A stretch of 64,000 bases of DNA from Paragordius varius (lineage: Eukaryota; Animalia; Nematomorpha): positions 7,688,001 through 7,752,000 of the forward strand of contig OZ176056.1 in the NCBI GenBank assembly GCA_964247055.1. The letters run 5' to 3'. A program made the position numbers and the translations under genes. Within the stretch, counting starts at the first letter, position 1. The number at the start of each line of letters is the position of its first letter. Shown one piece after another: positions 1-12,245 of this stretch. The notes beneath the pieces are model-generated. The model saw only the letters and a program-made list of their open reading frames with translations. It was not told where the DNA came from and searched no databases.

Positions 1-444
1 TTATATTGCAATGCAATAATTGCGGTTATAGTAATTGGGATTATTGGTAATCTTTTTCTATATACAAAAATTTAATTTTCATAAAAAAATAATTTCATTT
101 TTACAAATATTTAAACATAATATCCCCTTAAAGTTTTCGTCATCATACAATGTTTTGGAATTATGTGTCTTTTTTTGATTTCAAAATTATAAATCATAAA
201 ATATATTAAAATGGTCCTAGTTTTTAAATTTTCGTTCCTGACATTACAGAATTTTCGTTAAATTTAAATCCCTGTATAAAAATTATGTTCTACCTAAACG
301 TATAAGATAATATTTATGCTCATATATTCACAAGGCATTTTCTGATCAAGGTTCAGTAAAAAATATAAAAGAAAAGATTGAGGATATTTCTTCCATGACT
401 GGCATATCATTTTGAATGTAATATTTTATAATTTTGTAATATAA

Positions 445-2818
445 ATTTTCATCGATTATTTCACATTATTATCAATATGTGATTGGTAGGAAACTTTTTA
501 ATGTTGGTGACGGCTTGGGTTAATGATTGCATCAAATGTGGCCGTATGAAAAAATTGACAAATATCAATCGTGTTGGGCATCAACGAAATAGAATTAGAA
601 ATATTGTTTCCATCACGGGTACGGAAAAGGCAGTTGCATCTCCAGTTCGTCAAGCAAAACACCGTAGTGAACAAAGTAGCTCGACCAAATATAGATCTAA
701 ATCGATATTAGTTATGACGTTAGCCATGACTAACTTACTATTCTGTATTAGTTTGATAGCATGGCCGCTTCTGAACTTCAGCGCTGCAAAGCGAGAAAGC
801 ACATATTGGTCAACCCGTGTTTTTGCTAATTTCATGTCTTATTGGATATTCCCGATTCATTACATTCTGTCACGGATATCTATTAACGTTCTTCTCCTTA
901 TCACGCTAAATCGATTTGTAGCCTTAATGTTTCCGTTTCGTTATAAAAGCTTTTCGTCACACACTAAATTAGCCATTGCAATAATTATTGTATTTGTGAC
1001 AATCATGATCATACCCATCTATCTTTGGAAACAAACAGTGTTTGTTAAAAATCTTATAGCCGTAGATGAAGGTGAAACACTCCCTAAATCAATAAACATA
1101 ACAAATTATGATTGGGACACCCGTTTAAAGGATGAATACAAGGAGAGGCAAAAATTGGCTGTAGAGTGTCATAGAAATGCTTCAAGACTGTCATATTATA
1201 ATAGGACATTATTAATTCAGCATTGTTTGGATCTATATGTCGGCCCTAAAAAATCACAGTTTTCCTTCATCGCCTCTAATAATAAACCAAATCATGCCAT
1301 TGTAATCCGTGATGCATATTACAGTCTTTCCAACATCAATGTTACATCCAACTATTATTTTGTGATATATACGAGAGTACGTGAATCATTGATAGTTTTT
1401 TTGCCTTTCATTGCAACTATGATACTTAATCTCTTTATCCTGCATGCATATCGCAACCGAAAGTTAGACTTAGAAAAGAAGTATATTACCAGGTACGTCA
1501 TAATCTCGTATGATATTTGCACGTATAAATAGTGATCCAATATGCAGTTAAGAAATGGTAGATTTTATAAATCACTGCTTCTTTGCCAAGGCCTTATACT
1601 AATAAAAATATCTATGACATTGGACCAAATATAATAGCTTGCTATGACTTTTGAGGCGTTAAAAAAATTATGTAAAATTAATTATAATCATTTCAAACTT
1701 CATGCAGCCAAATTATTTAGATTTTATTGAATAAGTAACTGGAATAATATGTAACAAAAGGCAGCGTATCAGAAATTAATCGGCCACCTGGCATTAACTT
1801 ATAGTTAAGCTGATTCGTTATATCATCTGTTTGTGATAATTAATTGTAGTAAATATACATACAGTCATGCTCTTGTTTCCATTCATTACCAAATATTTAT
1901 ACCCATTTAATGAAAAAAAATAATTTTTTGATAAAATAAAGGATACATCGCTGCAATAATAAAAGATCTGTACAAGCTTCAAAACGTTTAGGGTATTTTT
2001 CTTAAGGCAAAGAAATATACAATCAGCGTGTAATATTTTTACAATATAGAAATTTTATTTTGTATATAAATGTTGTGGATAAATATGTGCTAGGTTATAT
2101 CAATCAGCGCATCAAAAATATTTTTTGGTTAGGTATCAATGTTATTGGCGGATATAATAATATACTAATCTTAGCGCTATAAAATCAATAACGAAAATTA
2201 AATTCGAATAGATAGTATTCTAACAATATGTTTTAACCTACCAGATGCATATAATCTTTTCTTCCCTAATAATAGAGGAATATTTAATTTGAATAACAAT
2301 TTTATGGTGTTTGCTTTTGAAATATAATTATGCTTAAAATGTTATTTTATATGGTATCATGATTATTTTTTTTAACTACATCATCGTATGGTAAATTTTA
2401 GCAAATGGTTATAATTTAACAATCTCATATTTATCATAACTTTTTTTAAATGTTGCAGAAATGGCATCAAAATAGTTCAATTGGAAGCTTTTTTCCCAAA
2501 TATTTATATAATTTGGCATAGTTTTATTTTTATTAAGATAGAGGTACAGACATATAAAACTGCTTTTTCAGTAATTAATTTTAGAGTTGGCTCACTCAGG
2601 GTAGTCAATTTTATAGAAAATTTTATTTAATCTAAAAGAAAAATAAAATGCCATTCCTTTCTCCAAAAATCAATTTTAACCATTTGCAAAAAAAATGTTC
2701 TTTATCTTATTAACAGATAGTTTTTGTTTTAAATTATTAATAATAAAAATTAACTGAATCTGTAGGTTATTAATGAAGGCTAATAATATATATAATATTA
2801 TTTCATCATACCTTACTA

Positions 2819-2854
<36 letters not shown>

Positions 2855-3485
2855 CTTACCTCCAATAACGCTTTCATTAAATAAATAAATTCAAAATTAT
2901 AAATTTATTTATCTGCTTAGAATACCAATAATCAATAATAAACCAAATTTGAAAAAATGGGTTGAAACCAAAGTATAAAAAGCATATCAAAGCACATGTT
3001 TTGTAATAGCATCTAAAATTTTCAAGTGCTTATTACAATTGGTAATTATCAAAACTACTATAAATATATTATACATTTATAGTGTGTCAAATTGTAGCGA
3101 GATGTCAAACATGAATAAATCAAACACGAGCTTCGCGGTGACATTACCCAGACCCGCGCGCAAAAAACGTCAGACAGAAGAGGATAGTTTTACCAGGGGA
3201 TGTATTATATTGGTTTTTTATCAATTCATTATGGCGACGCCCCATGCGGTTGCATCTATGCTCTTTAGCAAATATCCGTGCAAAGTTGAGACAGAACACT
3301 GTAAATTTCGTAGGGCACTCGCTGTCACCGGGTTTATGGATATCTGCACGCATGCTTTTATGTTTTACATTTTGTTACTTTTTAACCGACATTACCGAAT
3401 TAACACATGCAAAACACTTGGTGCAATCTTGGAGCTTGTAAGGACCAAAGCTTTGCAATTTATCACGTGCGGAAAATTAAATTAA
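445..3485 (+). CDS. Divergent class A (rhodopsin-like) GPCR, FMRFamide/peptide-receptor-like; two exons (about 445/483-1492 and 3083-3485); 5' end unresolved or frameshifted
   Basis: ORF 483-1532 carries TM1 (LVGNFLMLV), TM2 (LAMTNLLFCISLIAWP), TM3 ending LITLNRFVALMFPFRY (DRY-equivalent NRF), TM4 and TM5 (LIVFLPFIATMILNLFIL). ORF 3039-3485 carries TM6 (IILVFYQFIMATPHAV) and TM7 (GFMDICTHAFMFYILLLFNRHYR). Donor CAG|GTACGT at 1493 and acceptor TTTATAG| at 3082 are both phase 2, giving AG+T=Ser and a 1590-nt intron. The first half of TM1 (IFIDYFTLLSIC, 445-480) is in a different frame. Confidence 0.8.
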
Positions 3486-4272
3486 AAAGGATTAAATCTA
3501 AGTAAACCATACATATCATAATATAGATTAAATTTGTATTTAAATGAACAGAAAAAACCTTTTTTATGAAAAATTATAAATACTATCATTTATATTGTAG
3601 GATTTAAATTATTATATATAGTAACTCTATGATTGTATTTTTAATAAAAATCATTTATATAAATGGTATACGGTAATTGGCAAGGGATATATAAGATTGA
3701 TCCCAAATCTTACAATGTGGGAATAAATATTTTTTGATAAAATTTATTTTGCTCGTGGGCATCTTTCGGGGATCGCAGATATAGGTTATTATCATTTTTA
3801 ATGACTCACAATCATAAAATATCTCAAAAAACGCAATTAAGTTAAATTTAAAATCCTATTTTTCAATATTATGTATTTTCTACAGTTTTAACCATGCTTT
3901 TGATTACCATTAAATACCCTCAACAAAATTTTTAGCAGATTATTAATTTTTTAAAAGTAACTGTTTTTTTAATGTCATAGTATAACATATTTTATCTGTT
4001 ATCCCGCTATATAGACATTTTTATTGTAAAAAAATTAGCCTTTAGCGTGGTCAAAAATTTGAAACTTTTTAAGCTCATATCTGAGATTTATATTATGAAT
4101 TTGCTTTGTAAAAATATTAATGATTAGTTTTCATCCAAAAATTATTTAGAATAATGTGTGCAAATATTTTTTTATAAAAACCTATTACCACAAAAGTTTT
4201 TTTCTTATACCACTCGTAATACCCTAAAGCTAAACCATAAACACCTTGAAATCTTGATTTATTTTTCTATCA

Positions 4273-4306
<34 letters not shown>

Positions 4307-6132
4307 TAGGATTTTTAAATCAGGATTTTGTGCTCTGGTGTGTTAATGCAATTTCAATAAAATAATCTCATTAGGAGCCAAATATATCTTTTACATAAAA
4401 ATAGACTTAGGAGCAAATGGGATTGAATTTTATTTTATTCGAAATGATCAAAACTAAGATCAGTTGGAATAAACATATGCGCTCTGAAATAATTATTTCG
4501 AAAAATTATTTGAACGTATTAGTTATAATTGCAGAAATATAAACTATTATTTAAATGATTAGAGTATATGCGGAGAGGAAATTAGTTTCAGAACTCAAAA
4601 TGGAGTTGCGTTATCAATATAATAATTTACTAAGTAATTGAATACGTGTATGTGTGTGTATGTATATGTATTTCACATGTAAATCTATTTTATCAAGGAT
4701 AATAATATGCCCATCTCTTAAAATTTTGTTTTTAAAAAAAATTTTAAGATTTTTTCTAAAATATTATCATGAATTGTAATATCAATAAATATAATTGGTA
4801 AATATTTCTACATTTTATTTTAATTAAATTTCTCATAATTATATTATTATGGTTAATAGGGATGCAATTTATGTGAGGACATTAAATTAATGTGGCCATA
4901 GTTAAAGGCAGGGGAGCCCTTCGAGACTTTATATGAGACCCCCAAAGATCTTTATATCTATAATTAGTAAAAATATCATTAAAAAAAGTTTTAAATTAAC
5001 TTTTCCTATAGTTTTACTGACTAAGTTTATTTAATTGGCAAGTACAAAACAGTGTTTGTTATATTGTGTTTGCGTTTTACAGTCTTTTGAAATCTAATAA
5101 ATTATATATGAATCCCCACATATATATATAATATGAGGCCTGGCGGTTTATTTTAAGTAAGAATGCGGCCCTCTAAGCCAGTTGGACACCCATGGTCTAA
5201 AGCGGTATAAAAATATTTTCCAATACATTATTCTTTTTAATTATATAATATTTCGAATTTTTTTATTGACAATGGAACTCCTTGTACCTGCACAAAGGCA
5301 GAAATTTTAATGATTCTTTGTGTATAATTTAACCAGTGGGAGAGTTCAACCCTCTATAAATGTCACCATAATAAAATAGGGTGGCAAATTTTCATAAAGA
5401 AGATTATGTTAAACTAATATTGTTCTTATTTCCCAAATAAGAACAATTTTAACGCAGGGCCTATATTTTTTCTGTGTGAGGCGCGGCGCTATGAAAATAC
5501 GCCCCATATTAAAAACGTAAATTTGAGTGCATACATGGGACAATTTAATATTAATCATAGTTTTAAGCAATCATAAACATTGATCCCAACGAGTCTGTCA
5601 TTTTTATCCTTTTGTTTTAGATTTATATAAATATTTATTTTGGCTAACTGGTACCTACCTACACCTCATATGGTATTTCTAACCGAGAGCGATACCAAAT
5701 TAAAATTTAAACTATGCCTTAATTAGTCGTCGTAATAATTATATTATTAGTCTTATTTAAAGTTTCTGTGTTTGAGCAATACTACAGTTTTTTATAAATA
5801 GATTATATATTTATATGTAAAAAACACTTCCAATTAGTTTTAATGTTAAGACAAATATACTGAAAAAAATATTTTTATATAATTTTTAACAACAATATTT
5901 ATGATTTTTATTACTGTTAATCCATGTATTTATATTATTATTTTATTTGTTAATAATATAATTTTATCAATATCATCATTTAACAAACTTATAGTTTTTA
6001 AACGTTTTGGTTTCAAACAAGTAATTGTCAAGCGAGTTAAACCAATATCTATGTTATTTTAAGATTTAAATTATAGGAAATATCTAAATAAACTGTTGCT
6101 ATGCATACCCATAAAGTCTTAAACAGTTTTAA

Positions 6133-6565
6133 AACTGTGATTCAAATTGGGGTAATACCCCAGACTATATTTAACTTGATATTTTTTATAAAAGTACTCA
6201 AAGAAACGGTTTAAATTTGAATTTATGCTTCCTAATGAAAATTTTAAAGCCAAAACATCCAAATAAAATTATTTAAAAAAAAGTTACGCCATTTTTATAA
6301 AAACATCGTGTTTATTTGATTTAAGGCTAAACTTATGCCCAAATCATCTTGGCTAAATTTTATCCTTTGAGTTTTCCTAAAAATAAGATATTAAATGAAT
6401 TTTTTTATATTTTGGTTTATTGAAGTTATGTCAACAGTAAAAACGTTTGTCATGGTTTTTCAATATATTCCATGTTATGAAAATATTTAATTTCAAACAG
6501 GCCTAGGGTATCCAATTACCCCAATTCAAATCCAAGGACTGCGAATGCATCTTAGTATTCCAGTG
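6133..6565. mobile_element. TTAA-flanked (piggyBac-like) MITE, copy 1
   Basis: TTAA on both sides; subterminal inverted motif GATTCAAATTGGGGTA / TACCCCAATTCAAATC shared with the other copies. Confidence 0.7.
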
Positions 6566-6734
6566 TTAATACAACAAAAAAATACATGTAGATATTATGA
6601 CAAGGATTGTTTTTTGTTCATATATTTTAATGTGTGCTGATAATTAATTAATTTTTTTGTGCCATAAAAATTTATGTCACAATCTACAATTGGTAATTGT
6701 GTTTTAAATTACAAAGCGATGCAAAACTTACTCA

Positions 6735-7019
6735 CAGTAAAAATTGAAATCATACGGACAAAATATAAAAATATAAAGACAAATATTTTTTTCTAAGAGA
6801 CAACAATATTTTTTGAATCCTGATTTTTTTAATTACAAATCATTGTTTTAAATTGCAAAGTAAAATGGAGACGTATATTGGTTACACAATCGATTCTTAT
6901 ATTTTACATTTGTAACTAAATAGTTTATATAAGAAAATTAAGGTTTTAAAAAGTATGGTAGTCTTTTAGAAGAAAATATTTGTCTTTTTATTTTTACCCG
7001 TATAATTTCAATTTCACTG
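6735..7019. mobile_element. Family E MITE (CAGT ends); relatives near 24520-24780, 24980-25215, 28770-28875 and 50520-50780
   Basis: TIRs CAGTAAAAATTGAAATCATACGGAC and CCCGTATAATTTCAATTTCACTG|TA; shared AAGACAAATATTTT / AAAATATTTGTCTT motifs. Confidence 0.65.
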
Positions 7020-7151
7020 TACTTATTGTGCGTAATTAACTCACATAAATACACGTTTTTTTTGAAATGAATAATGGATTTTTTTCAAGGCGGAGGGTAT
7101 AGAAAAGGAAATAAACACATATATAAGTTAATAGTAAAATGTACATGATTA

Positions 7152-8645
7152 CACTGGACAACATATTTTTCTGCCACTCGAGTTTTTTGCATTTTCTGAC
7201 ATTTAGTATCATTTTAACAGTAAATCTGAAATAAAAATTATAACTTGATAAAAGAATTTTGTATAATTTGATTTTTTGATTATGCGCCCTCTTTATCAAA
7301 ATTTTACTAAAAAATGTTTTTCTTTGAAAATATACAAGTAATTCCCATTTGTAATGTATCATTCGAAAGAGTATCAAAAACTCTATAAAATGCCTACTAA
7401 TATGTATTACATCCACAGTTAATATTGGACACAAAGAGCGACAAACGCGCGAAGCGAGAGCATTTTTTTCAATCAAAACAGCCATTTTAGTTTTTTGTTT
7501 TTTAAAAATTACCATCTCATCAATATTAACACTTCGATTCAATTTGGGGTATCTAAATACCCCAGACTAAATTTGAGTTAGGATTTTTAAAAAACTATTG
7601 AAGGAAACGGTCCAAATTAAAATTTATGCTTATACCCTGATGAAAATTATATAAATATGCCAAAATATCTAAATGAAATTTTTTGAAAAAAAAGTTCCAT
7701 GTTAAACTACTTGGCCGCCATTTTTATTTTACAAAATATTTGCAAAATATCGTCTTCATTCAATTTTAAGGGTAGAATTAAAGCTAATTTTTTATTTAAG
7801 TTACATCTATCATTGATAGAAATAAAAAAACGGTTTATTTTGCATTATTTTCAATTTACCATTGTACACATGTCAGGTTGACTAAATTTTTACCTTTCGG
7901 TGTTAGCTTAAAATAAGTAATATCACGTATTTTCAAATAAAATTTTTTATATTAATTTTAAATAGACGGGGGGGTATATAACTAATCCAATTTGAATCGA
8001 AGGACTAATATGAACGTGTTGTATCCAAGTGTTTATTTTCTTTACGAGGCTGATAATTTCGAAATTTTAAAGATAATATCAAAGTTTAAGGTATTTTTGA
8101 TCTTTTATAGCCATTATGTAATAATTTTACAGTTATAACTAATGCATTTTAGCATCCACTAGGAAAATATTTATGATAATAATAATTTTTATTAAAAAAG
8201 CAAACCAAAAGCTTTTTCAAACATTTTTTTAAATTAAATACTAATATAACCCTAATAATTATATTAAAATAATTTATATGATTTACAAATTAGTTTGTCT
8301 ATGAAAATTCTTGACTTATTTAAGGATTGAAAATTTCGACCATTTAAATCCAAATAACTTTTACATCCGATTGATTTAAATGACTTACTACCATTTAAAA
8401 GATGCAGTTTTTTGCGCTCTTTCGAACGATATAAAATACATGGCTTCATATCTAAAACTTTTAATTTTCGAAATTTCGAGTTTAATGTTAAATCGGGGCA
8501 AAAATTATCGATAAACTCTAATATAAAATAATTCTTGAATGCTGACCAATTTTCTTTTCAGATATACTAATTATGTACTTTAATGAAATAAATTTGAAAT
8601 TTAAAAGAATGGCAGTTAAAAAAAATTAAAGTTTGTTGTCTAGTG
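7152..8645. mobile_element. Family A non-autonomous TIR element (Tc1/mariner-like), copy 1, with TTAA MITE inserted at 7530-8031
   Basis: TIRs CACTGGACAAC and GTTGTCTAGTG; TA at left; collinear and highly similar to 15886-17009. Confidence 0.85.
7530..8031. mobile_element. TTAA-flanked MITE, copy 2 (inside family A)
   Basis: TTAA|CACTT...AAGTG|TTTA; absent from the paralogous family A copy at 16392/16393. Confidence 0.85.
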
Positions 8646-8899
8646 TTATCATGGTGCTTTTAGTTTTAAGCCTTGTCTTAACTTCTGGGATAACTGCTCC
8701 TTATTAAAAAAATTTCTCATTTAAATAAATTTTTTTGCTAAGATTTAAATGCTCATATAATATGTCAATTCATATATATATATATATATAAAACAACAAA
8801 ACTCAATTAAATTGGTCTTTTTAATGCTTTTCGAACCGCTCTAAAACTAACAAGTTTTTGCAAAAATAAATGCAAAAATACCAAGATTTCGCAGTATTC

Positions 8900-9405
8900 C
8901 ACTGTGCAAAAAAAATTTAACAAAAACTTTTTTTCATTAGATAGCTTATGACCAGCTAATTTATTTGCCGCAATATTTAATTTGTTGACAGGGAAAATCG
9001 AAATTGGGCAAAAGGTGAAAATTAAGGATAAAGGATAGTTTTAAAAAACATAATAAAACTGAAGATATTATGGTTTATTATCATAAAATAATTTTGTCTA
9101 TTAAGTGTGTTAAAGAAAAAACATGATTTTTGATCTAAGTTTTTATAAAACCCCTAATATGATTTTAGGCTATTTATATATTGTAAATAGCTGATAAAAT
9201 GATAATTTAATATTTCAAGTTTTATCATTATTTTTATAATTATCCGTAATTTTCCTTAAATATCACTTTTTGCCCGATTTCGATTTTCTCTTAATATTTC
9301 TAAAACTAGGTCATCAACAAATATATATCTTTGCGGCAAATGAATTCGCTGGTCATAAGTTAAATCTTGAAAAAACAATTTTTTGTTAAATTTTTTCAGC
9401 ACACA
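8900..9405. mobile_element. Family B MITE with ~90-bp TIRs, copy 1
   Basis: CACTGTGCAAAAAAAATTT...CTTATGACCAGCTAATT...GCCGCAA mirrored by TTGCGGCAAATGAATTCGCTGGTCATAAG...CAGCACAC. Confidence 0.7.
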
Positions 9406-9440
<35 letters not shown>

Positions 9441-9848
9441 TACAACATTCCAAGTTAAATAATTTCTAATGTGATATAATCTCAGTTAAGAAATTCTCCA
9501 AAACTACTCACATTATATTTTTTGTCTCCTTTAGATATTATATGAGTAATCAAAACACTATTAGTTATATATAATTTACAGTGCAAATTCGCTCCATTCA
9601 AATTCACTCTAAAATAAATTATGTGTTTTCGAACTAATATAATCATTATTAATATAATATATATCATTGTGACATAGTTTATTATTTTTTCACTATTGTT
9701 TTTTAAAACAAAATATTATTTTCTAAAAACATATAAAAATATAAGTAATTATTAACTTATACATATAATTTATTAGAGGGGGAATTTAAATTTTCGAGGG
9801 TAAATTTTAATTGTTCAAAGTGAATTTAAATTTAAGGGTGAATTAAAT

Positions 9849-9905
<57 letters not shown>

Positions 9906-10057
9906 GTACGTCGGTGGATATCCTTTTAGTCAATACTACTATAATATTGTAGCCAAGCAATTAAAAAATAACATTTTGCTTCCTAACACGGCAACTTTTA
10001 ACACATTTTTTAAGTTACAATAATGTATGAGAAAATGGGTTAGTGTATCGTTTAAAC

Positions 10058-11897
10058 CAGGGCTTTTTAAACTATGGGTCGCGACCACATTTGGGGTCAC
10101 GTAGCAAAATTATGGGGTCGCAAGTGATAAAATTAAAATTTAACAGAAAGTGATTTTTAACTTGTAATATATTTAAAATGGAAAATGCGGGTTTGTGATT
10201 TGTTTCCGTAAAACCGTTAGACCCATTCAACCAAATGTCGAAAGGATATGTTCATTAGTAAATGCCCCGAAAATAACTTCGTTTTAATGGTTTTTTTTGA
10301 AGTCCACGTGTCTTTGAAACAATTTTCCTGAAAACGTGCTAAACATTTGATTTCAAATATAATTGTTTTTTATATATTTTGGATTGCGCCCAAACATAGT
10401 CGGCTCGCTTTTTTAATTTAGGCCCTCTTTTTACCCGCTCCCCCCGTAAAATTCCATTTTTTTCAAAATAATTAAATCCCAAAAATTATTTTTAGAATCT
10501 ATTTTTTGCCCAAGGTATGAGACACTAAAAATTCAATAAGGATTTGAATTCCCTGTTAAAAGGCAAATATTTCAGTCGAATGTTTTTTATATTGACTGCT
10601 GGGTAAGGAGATACCCGGTCAAACTGCTCCGTCATATAAAAATAGCGTGCCTTTGGGGCTAAATTTCAGAAAACCTATCAGGCCATATGAGTTTAATAGG
10701 TGCTTAAAATATTACCCATAACAAGGCAAAAATTTAGGTTGTACGATTTTTTAAAATTAGCCGTTAATTAGGCCCACGCCCTAAAAAATACGCCACTATA
10801 GAATGATTTTTAAGTTTTAAGGCAATTTTTCCCGAAAACTAATGAGAGCATATGGAATTAATAATCATTCCATGTATTCTCCGTAAAAAGGTAAAAAATC
10901 AAGCCCTTTTTTGTATCAGCCATTGGGTAAGGAGCTACCCTCCTAAAACTGTGACACCATATCGAAATTGCGTTGTTTAGGAGTTAATTTTCAAAAAAAT
11001 TATCAGGCCACATAAGTTTAATATAGGCCTGAAATATTACCCGTAAAAAGGCAAAATTTAAGTAGAGCGTTTTTCGCCCCTGGTTAGAGGCTACCCGCGT
11101 AAAACTGCGTCGCCATCTCGATACAACATGCCTTTGGAGCCAAATTTCAGAAACCTATAAGTCTAATAGGAACAATGGATTCCATGATTATTCCAGATAT
11201 TCTCCATATGAGGGCAAAGAGTTTAACCAGCGCTTTTTTATACTTGCCCTGGGGAACTACCCGCCAAAAACTGCGCCACTATATAGAAATTGCTTTGTTT
11301 TGGAGCTAATTTACAGAAAATTTATAATGCCATATGAGCTCATTAAAAGCTTGAAATATTATCCGTAACTAGGTAAAAAAAATCTAGCGTTTTTTTATTA
11401 GCCGTTAATTTGGGGCTTTTATGCCCTAAAAATACGCCATCATATAACGATAACTTAGTGCTGAGGTATTTTTTGAAAACTTGCCCTATAAAGGCAAAGA
11501 ATTTAACTCAGCCCTTTTTCCATATAGGTCTATGGGTAGGGGTCTACCGGATTAAAACTGAGACGCCATACAAAAATGGCGTGGTTTTGGAGCTAATTTT
11601 CAAAAAAATTAAGAAGCCATGCGAATTCAGTTAAACACGTTTCTGGGGAATTTGCATAATATCATTCTTTCCTTTCAAAAGGGATTACCGATCATTATAA
11701 TATCTTGTATAAATTTTATTATCAATTAGAAGATGTTATAGAAATTTATAAAAATGTTGAATTATTTTTGTCAATCACTTAAAACCGAAACCGGATAAAT
11801 ATTATCACCAAAATTTCTAAGAGTTTTTCGAGTTGGGTCGTTATGAAACTCGCTATCATAAATGTGGTCGGGAATAACAAAAGTTTAAGAAGCCCTG
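10058..11897. mobile_element. Non-autonomous hAT element with perfect 8-bp TSD, containing a Helitron-derived segment and tandem array
   Basis: TIRs CAGGGCTTTTTAAACT and AGTTTAAGAAGCCCTG (15/16 match); TSD GTTTAAAC at 10050-10057 and 11898-11905. Confidence 0.9.
10590..11640 (+). repeat. Diverged tandem array, ~160-bp unit, about 7 units
   Basis: Recurring core GGGTAAGGAG(C/A)TACCC...AAAACTG...CCAT...GGAGCTAATTT near 10601, 10762, 10925, 11082, 11251, 11402 and 11537. Confidence 0.75.
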
Positions 11898-12245
11898 GTT
11901 TAAACGAACCTACATCATTTTGTCAAAAAAATGCTAATCAATTTGTTTGCAAGATAATTATTGACTCCAAACGATTTGGGCTAAAAGGAACCCTTTATAT
12001 GCGTTTCATAGCCGCAACCGGAAAAAATGTTTTAAATCTCACAAACGACATTTGAATAAATTCTTCAAATTTAAACAATAACCCATACTCAAATCCTGAT
12101 TTATTTAAGTTATATAAACCATTTATTTTTAAAACAAACGAAATGGGTAATAAAAAAACAAAATTAGCAATTTCATCAAATGTCCTAGAATTTTTCTGGC
12201 TCGGCATCATGATATTTCTTTGCAACCTAAAAACATATTATATTA

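Noticed and set aside
7036-8449. ORFs at 7036-7542, 7699-7881 and 8264-8449, and counterparts at 15972-16166 and 16644-16993
   Set aside because: They lie in family A or MITE repeats, and ORF limits differ between the two copies.
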